A stretch of DNA of 64,000 bases from the IMG/VR virus record IMGVR_UViG_3300050821_018050, positions 64,001 to 128,000 of that record; one strand, written 5' to 3'. A program made the translations under genes and the position numbers. This document shows, in pieces, positions 52,848 through 61,199 of this stretch. Within the stretch, counting starts at the first letter, position 1. Each line of letters begins with the position of its first letter. This DNA comes from a virus. The notes beneath the pieces were generated by a model, which was not told where the DNA came from, ran no database searches, and saw nothing but the letters and a program-made list of their open reading frames with translations.

Positions 52848-53195
52848 TCATTTTTTGCCTTTCTTTTTAGGCTGTTTGATTTTTCTCTCTAACCGTTTAA
52901 TGCGGCGTTCATAAATTTCTTCATTTCCGTTAGCTACTTTAACTTGGAGATCTAAAAAATCTATCTTTTGTGTCAATTCGTAATTCATTTTATTGCTTTC
53001 AACCAAAGATTTATTCAACTCTTCGATATTATAATAAAGCTGTTTCATGATCAAATGTTGTTTTGAACCACTTTCCTTCCAAAATTCCGCATCTGTAAGT
53101 CTTTGAACACTAAGCTCTTGTGTATCTATAATTTTAGAGTATTGAATCAAACATATACCAAATAAAGCTGCTGATAAAATTAATAAAAAAGTCAT
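52848..53195 (-). CDS. N-terminal TM plus coiled-coil protein with basic tail
   Basis: MTFLLILSAALFGICLI, coiled coil, KQPKKKGKK. Confidence 0.7.
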   Translation of the reverse strand: MTFLLILSAALFGICLIQYSKIIDTQELSVQRLTDAEFWKESGSKQHLIMKQLYYNIEELNKSLVESNKMNYELTQKIDFLDLQVKVANGNEEIYERRIKRLERKIKQPKKKGKK

Positions 53196-53452
53196 TTTCG
53201 TTCTCCATACGTAGCCATTAGTTCACCAAAATTCATAGTTTTTACAAATTCATTGGTGCGAGTATCAAACCATTTGCCATCACGCTTGACTAAATAACTC
53301 GGCCATTCACCGTAGGTAGCGCGATGGCACCCACTTCTGGGTCGATGGCCGCCCATGGCAATAGATCTTTCGAAGCCGCCCAGCATTGCAATGAGAATAA
53401 ATGGAGACAGTCCCAACGTCACAAGACCAGCGATAAATAAGATTTCATGCAT
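53192..53452 (-). CDS. Small membrane-anchored protein, leaderless
   Basis: N-terminal TM; ATG is 7 nt after TACGAT. Confidence 0.65.
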   Translation of the reverse strand: MHEILFIAGLVTLGLSPFILIAMLGGFERSIAMGGHRPRSGCHRATYGEWPSYLVKRDGKWFDTRTNEFVKTMNFGELMATYGERK

Positions 53453-53459
53453 AATAATT

Positions 53460-53488
53460 ATCGTATCCTATTGTAAATAAAAATGCAA
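53460..53488 (-). promoter_or_regulatory. sigma70-type promoter TTGCAT-17-TACGAT (leaderless)
   Basis: Reverse complement of 53450-53488. Confidence 0.65.
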
Positions 53489-53885
53489 CATCTTTATTCT
53501 GGAATAATTTGATGTGCAATCCGTTACGATTTCGCCATGTATAACTTATGGACATTTTAAAGTACTCAATTCTTCATCCAGCTCTATTTTATAGATAGGC
53601 TCATAATATTTTTTCCAAACGCCATTCTCTGCGCTAAATATTTTCCACAATGCCGCAATATCTCTAAGTCTACGATCCGGTAGATAATAAGGTCCATCGA
53701 TACAAAAACTTTTCATTCACCGCTGGCCTGTAGGCAACCTGTGCCAAAAGTTTTAAAAAGTTTCTTTAATTCTTTATCTTCTGTGATTTTAGCTTTTTGG
53801 CATGCAGCCAAAGTAGGATATCTGTGATAACCTGATTGATAGCCGCCCCCAGACAAAGTAATAAAAACGTAAAGAATCCAAGGAG

Positions 53886-54062
53886 TCATTTCTTTTTCAC
53901 TTTCAGTAACTTAATGCAAGTTTTACAAGTGACATATTTTTTAGTTTTGCGGCAACAGGCAGCGCGGTCAGGGTTCTTTTCTTCTAAAACGATATTTGGA
54001 TTACCGCAAAGATGTTCGGTAGGTGTGTCTTCGATAAAAAAGTGACGTACTGGTTTTTTCAT
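53886..54062 (-). CDS. Zinc-finger-like micro-protein, 58 aa (H...LCG...VTCKTC)
   Basis: Hand translation: MKKPVRHFFIEDTPTEHLCGNPNIVLEEKNPDRAACCRKTKKYVTCKTCIKLLKVKKK. ATGA overlaps at both ends. Confidence 0.6.
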   Translation of the reverse strand: MKKPVRHFFIEDTPTEHLCGNPNIVLEEKNPDRAACCRKTKKYVTCKTCIKLLKVKKK

Positions 54063-54272
54063 TTTAGTCCTTTAATCGGATCTTTATACCCGATGAATTT
54101 GAGTTTATTTTTAACGGCGAACTTGTATGGGAAACAATTTAAGATTTTAAAGGTAGGTTTACCGTAATGCAATTGCGAATGCATGACCGTTTCACCGCCA
54201 CAATAGCATTTTTGGACTAAAAAGAATTGTTTGGTCTTAAGGTTCTGATAATAACGATTTTTGTTGGCCATA

Positions 54273-54635
54273 TTAATAATCCTCTTCGAGAAATGTGTTG
54301 ATCCAAATCTGATTATCCTGGTAGGTTAATCCGGTAACTTTAAGCTGAGATGCGTTTCCCCATTTAGATGCCCAAACTGGTGTTTTTGAATTATAAGTAA
54401 ATTCTCCACCTTTATATCCAGTAAATTCTTTACCATTTAATGCTTCTTCAAGTTGTGCAATTAATGTACCAACCGTATTAAAATCGTTTGTTGTGGGTAC
54501 CAGAGCCACATGGTCGTAATAGCCTCTATAACTGCTAATGTCGCCTAAATTAACGGTTTCACCGTAATATTTGGTAACTACTGGATAATTAAGATTAAAT
54601 TTTTTGAGTTCATCTACAAGTTGTCCTAATCTCAT
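54273..54635 (-). CDS. Hypothetical phage protein, 120 aa (SYRGYY...GYKGGEF...TPVW)
   Basis: ORF track; SD AAGGA. Confidence 0.75.
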   Translation of the reverse strand: MRLGQLVDELKKFNLNYPVVTKYYGETVNLGDISSYRGYYDHVALVPTTNDFNTVGTLIAQLEEALNGKEFTGYKGGEFTYNSKTPVWASKWGNASQLKVTGLTYQDNQIWINTFLEEDY

Positions 54636-54748
54636 TATTTTTCCTTCCTGCCCCGAATTCTATATGAGGCGTCCATGGCAGCTAATACAACATTAGATCC
54701 TATTAACAGGAAAATAGAAAGACCGGGGTGCTGTAAAAAGAATTCCAA
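54635..54748 (-). CDS. Hydrophobic peptide, 37 aa (TTG start; MEFFLQHPGLSIFLLIGSNVVLAAM...)
   Basis: GAAAGG SD immediately after the RNA stem; TAATG overlap with ORF 54635. Confidence 0.5.
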   Translation of the reverse strand: MEFFLQHPGLSIFLLIGSNVVLAAMDASYRIRGRKEK

Positions 54749-54766
54749 TGGCTACCTTTCAAAAGT

Positions 54767-54860
54767 TAGGCGCTAGAGTCCGCTTGGATTGGTCTGCCAC
54801 CCAATAACTTCGAAAGGGGGATTAAGAGGTGAGGTAGCAGACTTGCACTCCAGCGCCTAC
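54767..54860 (-). ncRNA. Structured RNA (~95 nt; small RNA or 5' leader) with two stems and a pyrimidine-rich anti-SD-like loop
   Basis: Outer stem UAGGCGCUGGAGU/ACUCUAGCGCCUA (13 bp) and inner stem GUCUGCUACC/GGUGGCAGAC (10 bp). Each has one G-U pair on the - strand that would be an A-C mismatch on the + strand. It starts at the predicted +1 of the promoter at 54865-54893. Confidence 0.7.
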
Positions 54861-54864
54861 AATA

Positions 54865-54893
54865 AGAATACCATGGATTTGGCAGAAAAGCAA
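54865..54893 (-). promoter_or_regulatory. sigma70-type promoter TTGCTT-17-(TGg)TATTCT driving the structured RNA and array 3
   Basis: Reverse complement of 54865-54893. Confidence 0.7.
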
Positions 54894-54905
54894 GAACAAA
54901 ATTTA

Positions 54906-54914
54906 CCTAATATT
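54906..54914 (+). promoter_or_regulatory. Putative late promoter motif CCTAATATT
   Basis: Recurrent 9-mer; ATG at 54922 follows with no SD. Confidence 0.7.
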
Positions 54915-54921
54915 TCAATTG

Positions 54922-55566
54922 ATGTCTGTTCAAAAAGTGGATTCCCTTATCATCGGTAAAGGGGCGATTAATTCTAATGCCCAATCAGCTCAAATCTTCG
55001 CTTCAACGCTGGCTGTAGGCGTTTATAGCGCTTCTACGTCGTATGTGGATCAGGCATGTGTTGAATATTCCGGTGCTATTTATCGTTCTATAGGCGGCTC
55101 TAATCTGGGCAATACACCTTCTTCGAGCCCTACTGTTTGGGAAGTCATAATCAAAACGATTCAAGACGGAGATGCGTGTTTTGTCGTAAATAGTGGGAAT
55201 TCTGATTTACAGATCCGATTAAACGGCGTTTGGTCATCCTTTGGCGGCAAACCATACAGTCTCTCTTTAAACGATAATCAGACATCACCGATTGCGGCCT
55301 TTAGTTATCCAGGGTCTGCGATGCCATATGCCATTTTAGAGGTTCGCGTCCGAAGAAACAACGGATTCTCTTCAGCAAAAGTTTACACATACAATGTTGT
55401 GACCGATGGGTCTAACGTGCAATATTCCTCATCTGGTGTTGACCTTGGAGTTGATACGGGAGTTACTTTTACCGTCGCCATAGTTACCGGTCAAGTTCAA
55501 TTCCAATATACATCCACTAACTTAGGTCAAAGCATTCAACTTGACTATAGCATAAAAGGATTTTAA
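54922..55566 (+). CDS. Virion/tail fibre-associated protein (CBM5/12-like module plus C-terminal beta-sandwich)
   Basis: YSASTSYVDQACVEYSGAIYRS...NTPSSSPTVW; C-terminal domain shared with 56883 and 58191. Confidence 0.65.
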   Translation: MSVQKVDSLIIGKGAINSNAQSAQIFASTLAVGVYSASTSYVDQACVEYSGAIYRSIGGSNLGNTPSSSPTVWEVIIKTIQDGDACFVVNSGNSDLQIRLNGVWSSFGGKPYSLSLNDNQTSPIAAFSYPGSAMPYAILEVRVRRNNGFSSAKVYTYNVVTDGSNVQYSSSGVDLGVDTGVTFTVAIVTGQVQFQYTSTNLGQSIQLDYSIKGF

Positions 55567-55568
55567 GT

Positions 55569-56873
55569 ATGTCTCAAATACCACCAAATCAAGGAGCAAT
55601 TAAGTCGTCAGAAATAGCTACTGATTCTGCGATCTCGGCCATTGGCTCTACTTCTGGGACCGATCTATTTTCTGTTGTTGGACAAATACAACAATTAGCT
55701 CTTGATGCTTTCTTTAAACAAAGTCTTTCGCCTTTTTCTTTGGGTGAGCTTTTTTGGGACGGCACGCAGGTTTTCTTTAATCAAAATGGTCGCGGCAATA
55801 ATTTAATGGTTCGGGTTTTACAGACTCAAGATGCTTCGCTAAGAACGATCGATCTAATGATGACCGGAAGTAATTCTGGAAACACTGCAACAACTTTTTT
55901 CAATATTCCTCTAAATAATAATGATCTAATGTATCTTGAAATTGATAGAGCTACACTATTATCAGCGCCAGGTGGGATCTTAACGATTCAAAATAACGCT
56001 TCGGGTGGATCTTTGGTGGCCGGAAAAACTTTAAAAGTTATTAATATGACTTCTTCCACCGGATTGCCTCAATTAACTTCTATGCTGGACGGCACGGGCA
56101 CTTCTTTGTATATTCCTATCGCTTATCGTTATGATTGGACTGACGGAGTTACAAATTTTCAAGATTTAAATTGGGCCATTAATCGTGAACGCTGGCCAAT
56201 GAATACAATTTCTTATCTGGGTACTCCTGTTGCAGGAGGAATTGAGCCGACCGGAACAGGATTAGATTTCTGGGGTCCAACTGCTCCGGTGGGTTACGTT
56301 ATGGCGTCTGGAAGAACAATTGGTAATGCTGGTACTAATGCATCCGAACGTGCAAATTCTGATACTGCCGCTTTATTTACTTTATTTTGGACTAATTATT
56401 CTGATGCTACATTACCGATGTACACAAATTCAGGATTCCCTCAAGCTCGCGGAGCCAGCGCGGCTGCTGATTTTGCAGCTAGTATGTTAATGACCATTCC
56501 TGATAAGCGCGGCAGAGTTTCTGTCGGAAAAGATGACATGGGCGGAACTGCAGCAAATAGAATTACTGCTGGCGGATCTGGCGTTCCGGGCACAACTCTT
56601 GGCGGCGCTGGTGGTGAAGAAACGCACACTCTATCACAAGGGGAGATGCCCGTTCACGCACATTCAGTTAACGATCCATCTCACGCTCATAATCTTCAAT
56701 CTCAAAATGGTGGTGGCGGTAATCCTGGAAGCAATTATGGTACTGGCGCTAACGCATTAACTTGGCATACCGCTGCTGCAGTAACAGGCATATCGCTTAA
56801 TAATGCTGGTGGTGGTGCCCCACACAATAATACTCAGCCAACAATAATTTGTAATTACATTATCAAGCTTTAA
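55569..56873 (+). CDS. Short tail fibre-type protein with tail collar domain and HxH tip
   Basis: PTGTGLDFWGPTAPVGYVMASGRTI...LF...IPDKRGRVSVG (collar), then GGEETHTLSQGEMPVHAH...HAH...PHNNTQPTIICNYIIKL. Confidence 0.85.
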   Translation: MSQIPPNQGAIKSSEIATDSAISAIGSTSGTDLFSVVGQIQQLALDAFFKQSLSPFSLGELFWDGTQVFFNQNGRGNNLMVRVLQTQDASLRTIDLMMTGSNSGNTATTFFNIPLNNNDLMYLEIDRATLLSAPGGILTIQNNASGGSLVAGKTLKVINMTSSTGLPQLTSMLDGTGTSLYIPIAYRYDWTDGVTNFQDLNWAINRERWPMNTISYLGTPVAGGIEPTGTGLDFWGPTAPVGYVMASGRTIGNAGTNASERANSDTAALFTLFWTNYSDATLPMYTNSGFPQARGASAAADFAASMLMTIPDKRGRVSVGKDDMGGTAANRITAGGSGVPGTTLGGAGGEETHTLSQGEMPVHAHSVNDPSHAHNLQSQNGGGGNPGSNYGTGANALTWHTAAAVTGISLNNAGGGAPHNNTQPTIICNYIIKL

Positions 56874-56882
56874 AGGTTAACT

Positions 56883-58181
56883 ATGGAAAATAATTTTCGC
56901 CGGTTTGAGGGCGGCTTCAGCGTAAAAGGAACTTTTTCAAGCGATCCGGCACAAGGAACGTCTGGAGACGTATATTATAACACCACCTTAAATACTTTTA
57001 AATATTATAATGGAACGCATTGGGCACCAATGGGTGGCGGATCTGGTGGAGTAATTAAAGTAACTTTAATTGATCAAGTTACTTCAAGTCTGCCTTCTTC
57101 TACGCCTTACACTATTGACTCAGTGGCATTAGCTGATCAAGATACTGTTCTTTTCACTAATTTAACGAGTGGAGCAAATGAAATTTATCAAGCAAGTATT
57201 TCTGGGTCCACGATTACTTGGACTCTTACTACTCCATTTGCCGGAGGATTGAACGCGGCTCCTGCAGCAAGCGATCAGGTTATTATTGCTCAGGGTACTG
57301 CATTTGCCCAACAAGTCGGCACATTCAATGGCACTAATTGGGCATTTAATCAATACGTAAGATATTTTAATGGATTAGATTATTGGGAGCAATCTGCTAC
57401 ACAAACATCAAATTTAATTGACAATAATCAAAATGATGTTTTTACGATGAACGTAAGTGGATCTGAAAATCTTAAAGTAGATTATTCTGTTTCAAGGGGT
57501 GGCACTAAATCTGTCGGTACTCTTCATATTACTTCAGATGATACCAATGTAAGTTTGGCTGATACCGGAACCGATCTTGGTGATACCGGAGTAAGCTTCT
57601 CTGCGTTAGTTATTTCTGGTGTTTTACACGTACAATATACCACAACGTCTACCGGTTTTGCTGGTGTAATGAAATATGACATCAAGCGCTGGTCGGACGC
57701 CCCTGGTGGGCCTGCGGGAGTGCCTTCTTATACAGGTGGAACATCTGGGATCGGCGCAGCCGGTACCAATACACAAGTTCAATACAATGATTCTGGTGAT
57801 CTAGGAGCTGACGCAAATTTTACATGGGATAAAACTACACAAATGCTTCAAGTAGGCGGTCAAGTGGTAAGTTCTGTTAACAGTTTGACATTACTAGATA
57901 ATCAACCGACAGATCAACCGCTTTTCTCATATAATGCAGCAGCTTATCCTAATATGATAGTCAACTACAGCATCGCTCGTGGGGGAGATGTAGAAGTAGG
58001 CCGCATGTTACTTCCAAACAATGGTACGACAGTTGTAATTACTACTGAATCATCATTTACAGGAGTTGTGGGCATAAATTTTTCGGCAATAATTTCAGGG
58101 GGCAACGTACAGGTACAGTACACAAGCTCATCAACAGGTTCCGGGGGAACTTTTCAGTACTACATCAACGCGTGGGCGTAA
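56883..58181 (+). CDS. Tail fibre / adaptor protein
   Basis: N-terminal DPxxGxxGDVYYNTTxxxFKYYNGxxW module; two copies of the shared beta-sandwich; GTNTQVQYNDSG fibre motif. Confidence 0.7.
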   Translation: MENNFRRFEGGFSVKGTFSSDPAQGTSGDVYYNTTLNTFKYYNGTHWAPMGGGSGGVIKVTLIDQVTSSLPSSTPYTIDSVALADQDTVLFTNLTSGANEIYQASISGSTITWTLTTPFAGGLNAAPAASDQVIIAQGTAFAQQVGTFNGTNWAFNQYVRYFNGLDYWEQSATQTSNLIDNNQNDVFTMNVSGSENLKVDYSVSRGGTKSVGTLHITSDDTNVSLADTGTDLGDTGVSFSALVISGVLHVQYTTTSTGFAGVMKYDIKRWSDAPGGPAGVPSYTGGTSGIGAAGTNTQVQYNDSGDLGADANFTWDKTTQMLQVGGQVVSSVNSLTLLDNQPTDQPLFSYNAAAYPNMIVNYSIARGGDVEVGRMLLPNNGTTVVITTESSFTGVVGINFSAIISGGNVQVQYTSSSTGSGGTFQYYINAWA

Positions 58182-58190
58182 GGAATTTTT

Positions 58191-60350
58191 ATGGCAAATA
58201 ACATTTTCAAATTATCGGGTATTTTACAAGTAGCAGTTTTAACTGCAGATCCATCGGGCGGAGCAGCCGGTTCTATTTATTACAATAGCACTAGTGGCAC
58301 CTTCCGTATGTATAACGGAAGCGGCTGGAATGATACTGCGATCGGAACATTGAGTCTCACTGGGCAACCTTTGGCGACTTCTGATGTGATCGTCGGGAAT
58401 GGTTCTGGAAATTCTGCCGCTGTGGCAACTTCTGGAGTCGGCGATATCCTTGCTGATGCTACGAACGGTTTAACCATTAAATCTGGTGTGATCGTAAACG
58501 CTGAAATTAATGCCAGCGCAGCGATCGATTTCTCAAAATTAGCTTCTTTAACTAGTGGATCAATTTTGGTTGGTAATGGTTCTAATGTTCCGACTGCTGT
58601 TGCGATGTCTGGTGACGTAGCAATCGTTGCTTCTGGTGCAACTACAATTCAACCTGCGGTTGTTTCAAATTCAAAATTGGCTAATATGGCCACTCAAACA
58701 TTCAAAGGTCGTAATACTGCGGGTACAGGATCTCCAGAAGATCTTTCTGCTGCTACTGCTGCCGCAATTCTTCCAGCATTCGTTGGAGCTTCTGGTGGAA
58801 CTACTGCCGGAACAAAAGGTTCGGTCCCAGCTCCAGCAATCGGCGATGATACTGCCGGTAAATTTTTGAAAGCTGATGGTACATGGACGACTCCTTCTAG
58901 CACAGCAACTACTGCACTCGATGGAACTTTCGTAATCGAAAATTCTAGTGACAATACTAAAAAATTAGCTTTTAGCGCTGCTGGTATTGCAACCGGAACA
59001 ACTCATACTATCACGATGCCAAATGCTGATGTTGACTTAGGCAATTTGACTAATAGTAATATTAGTTCATCTGCTGCCATCGCTGTTAGCAAACTCGCTG
59101 CCCAAACCGCCAGTAAAGCGTTGGCAAGCGATGCATCTGGATTTATTACACCATCAACCACCACTTCTACAGAACTTGGTTATGTATCTGGTGTTACTTC
59201 AGCAATCCAAACGCAATTAAATGCTACAGAAAAAACAGCAAATAAAGGCGCTGCAAATGGTTATGCTGGACTAGATGGTGGTGGTAAGGTCCCGGCTGCT
59301 CAATTACCTAGCACGTTAATGAATTTCAGAGGAGCATGGAATGCTTCTACTAATAGTCCGACTCTCGCAGACGGTACAGGTGCCAACGGTGACGTTTGGC
59401 GTGCATCAGTAGCAGGTACTCAAAACTTAGGTTCGGGTTCACAAACTTGGGCGGTCGGCGATTTCGCGATTTACAATGGCACCATTTGGCAGCATTCTCC
59501 AGCCGCTGACGGTGTATCTTCTGTAAATGGAAATACCGGTGCAGTAACCGTAAATGCAATTAATCAATTGTCTGGTGATGTTACTACTTCTGCCGCTTCT
59601 GGATCACAATCTGAAGCTGCTACAATTTCTGCAGGCGCAGTAACTGCCGCAAAACTCGGTACTGTAACTGACGGAGTGACCCTCGACCAATCAGGGGCGG
59701 GCGGAACTTTAGAAGTAAAAACTGGTGGTATCGCGAATGCTCAAATTGCTTCTGCTGCTGCTATCGCAGTAAATAAATTAGCGGCTCAAACCGCCAGTAA
59801 AGCGTTAGCGAGTGATGCATCTGGATTTATTACACCATCAACCACCACTTCTACAGAACTTGGTTATGTATCTGGTGTTACTTCAGCAATCCAAACACAA
59901 ATTAATGGCAAGATTGCTTCAGTTAGTGCAGATACCACACCTTCTTTGGGTGGGGATTTGAATGCTAACGGTCATGCAATTTACGGCAATTTAAAAATTG
60001 CTGCTACTTCAGGTGCAACGGATTTCTTAACCGAATTCTATATGCCTGCTACCACTTTAACTGGTGGAACTACTGCAGCATTGACTACTTTCGCTTCAGG
60101 AACTTATTCGGCCATGGAATTCACTTATACTATCGAAGACACTTCGGCTTCTCCTTCAAATATGCGCGTGGGTAAACTTCGCGTGATTTGTAATGGTACA
60201 GCTATCGGATTAAGTGATGATTATGCTGAAACTGCTGATTGCGGTACTACCTGGAATGCTGCGGTAGCTACTGGGACTGTCACGATCAGTTACACGACCA
60301 CTGCCAGCAATAAAACGTTCAGAGCTTCCGTTAAGCAATTCTTAGCGTAA
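58191..60350 (+). CDS. Tail fibre protein
   Basis: Fibre shaft motifs (AAIAVSKLA, TELGYVSGVTSAIQTQ, KGAANGYAGLDGGGKVP, GVSSVNGNTGAV, DTTPSLGGDLNANG) and an internal repeat. Confidence 0.8.
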   Translation: MANNIFKLSGILQVAVLTADPSGGAAGSIYYNSTSGTFRMYNGSGWNDTAIGTLSLTGQPLATSDVIVGNGSGNSAAVATSGVGDILADATNGLTIKSGVIVNAEINASAAIDFSKLASLTSGSILVGNGSNVPTAVAMSGDVAIVASGATTIQPAVVSNSKLANMATQTFKGRNTAGTGSPEDLSAATAAAILPAFVGASGGTTAGTKGSVPAPAIGDDTAGKFLKADGTWTTPSSTATTALDGTFVIENSSDNTKKLAFSAAGIATGTTHTITMPNADVDLGNLTNSNISSSAAIAVSKLAAQTASKALASDASGFITPSTTTSTELGYVSGVTSAIQTQLNATEKTANKGAANGYAGLDGGGKVPAAQLPSTLMNFRGAWNASTNSPTLADGTGANGDVWRASVAGTQNLGSGSQTWAVGDFAIYNGTIWQHSPAADGVSSVNGNTGAVTVNAINQLSGDVTTSAASGSQSEAATISAGAVTAAKLGTVTDGVTLDQSGAGGTLEVKTGGIANAQIASAAAIAVNKLAAQTASKALASDASGFITPSTTTSTELGYVSGVTSAIQTQINGKIASVSADTTPSLGGDLNANGHAIYGNLKIAATSGATDFLTEFYMPATTLTGGTTAALTTFASGTYSAMEFTYTIEDTSASPSNMRVGKLRVICNGTAIGLSDDYAETADCGTTWNAAVATGTVTISYTTTASNKTFRASVKQFLA
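59103..59212 (+). repeat. Direct repeat copy 1 (copy 2 at 59787-59896); 83 bp identical
   Basis: 59130-59212 is identical to 59814-59896 (offset 684). Confidence 0.9.
59787..59896 (+). repeat. Direct repeat copy 2
   Basis: See copy 1. Confidence 0.9.
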
Positions 60351-60351
60351 T

Positions 60352-60360
60352 CCTAATATT
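60352..60360 (+). promoter_or_regulatory. Putative late promoter motif CCTAATATT
   Basis: Intergenic, right after the stop of 58191; followed by a TTAGGGA/TCCCTAA hairpin. Confidence 0.65.
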
Positions 60361-60438
60361 TTAGTTACTTAGGGAAATTACTTAGGTGGTCTCCCTAAAT
60401 ATAATTTACAAAAAACTCTTCAAGGAAAGTGATTTGAA

Positions 60439-61191
60439 ATGAGTCAAAATAGTTTTAAGATAGATAAAAGTTTAGTTCTTAAGCCGCAAGGCACTGCGCC
60501 AACCAGCCCTGAAAAGGGGCAGATGTATGTTAATTCGTCTACCAATTTACTCAATTATTATGACGGCACGAATTGGAATCCAGTTGGATATGCCGTTGGT
60601 ATTTTTGCTCCCACTATTGCCACTGATGCAACTACCGGGACTGCAGTCGCCCTAGCCCAGCCAGCTACTGGTGTCGTAGAAATAACGAGCGGTACGCTCG
60701 TTTCTGTTAATAACATCCCAGCACCTACAAGTGGATCTTTAGAATTTATTCTCGTTAATCGCACAGGAGTAACAGTCACCATTACTAATAATAGTGGAGG
60801 AACTGCGGCTAACCGTATTCAAACTGGTACTGGCGCGGATATTCCGCTTCTTAATCGTGCGTCCTTATTTTTAACTTATAGTACAAATGAATCTCGCTGG
60901 ATGGTTGTCGGTGGAACGGGCGCTGCTCCGACCCTTAGTTCTTTAGGAATCAGAGCTGGGTCACAATCGGTTAGTTCTGGCGCTACGAGCGTTAGTGTTA
61001 CTTTCAGTACAACCTTGGGCTCTACCAGTTACGCATTGAATCCTATTTTTATTAATACTGTAGATGCTAGTCCACAATATCAACCAATAACAGTTTCTGC
61101 CCAAAGTGCTACAGGTGCAACCTTTTCATGGAATGCTCCAACCGGGTCTGCAAACTATTCAATCCAATATACGGCAATTTTAAATAGTTAG
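60439..61191 (+). CDS. Tail fibre / adaptor protein
   Basis: N-terminal PTSPEKGQMYVNSSTNLLNYYDGTNW module; C-terminal small beta domain (VSVTFSTTLGSTSY...ATGATF). Confidence 0.7.
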   Translation: MSQNSFKIDKSLVLKPQGTAPTSPEKGQMYVNSSTNLLNYYDGTNWNPVGYAVGIFAPTIATDATTGTAVALAQPATGVVEITSGTLVSVNNIPAPTSGSLEFILVNRTGVTVTITNNSGGTAANRIQTGTGADIPLLNRASLFLTYSTNESRWMVVGGTGAAPTLSSLGIRAGSQSVSSGATSVSVTFSTTLGSTSYALNPIFINTVDASPQYQPITVSAQSATGATFSWNAPTGSANYSIQYTAILNS

Positions 61192-61199
61192 GAACTAAT

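Larger units (their letters stand above)
43454..54748 (-). other. Micro-ORF array 3 (about 11 kb, estimated ~60 ORFs)
   Basis: Chained ORFs, e.g. 50709-50840, 50572-50709 and 50421-50567 (hand-translated). Promoters at 45172, 46048, 49369, 53460 and 54865. Confidence 0.8.

Noticed and set aside
54767-54860. tRNA or Rho-independent terminator
   Set aside because: There is no cloverleaf, anticodon arm or CCA end. It begins at a promoter +1 and has a large internal architecture, although a short U run follows the stem.
59103-59896. Diversity-generating retroelement TR/VR pair
   Set aside because: Both copies are in frame in one gene and mostly identical. The few differences are not adenine-specific, and no reverse transcriptase is in the window.
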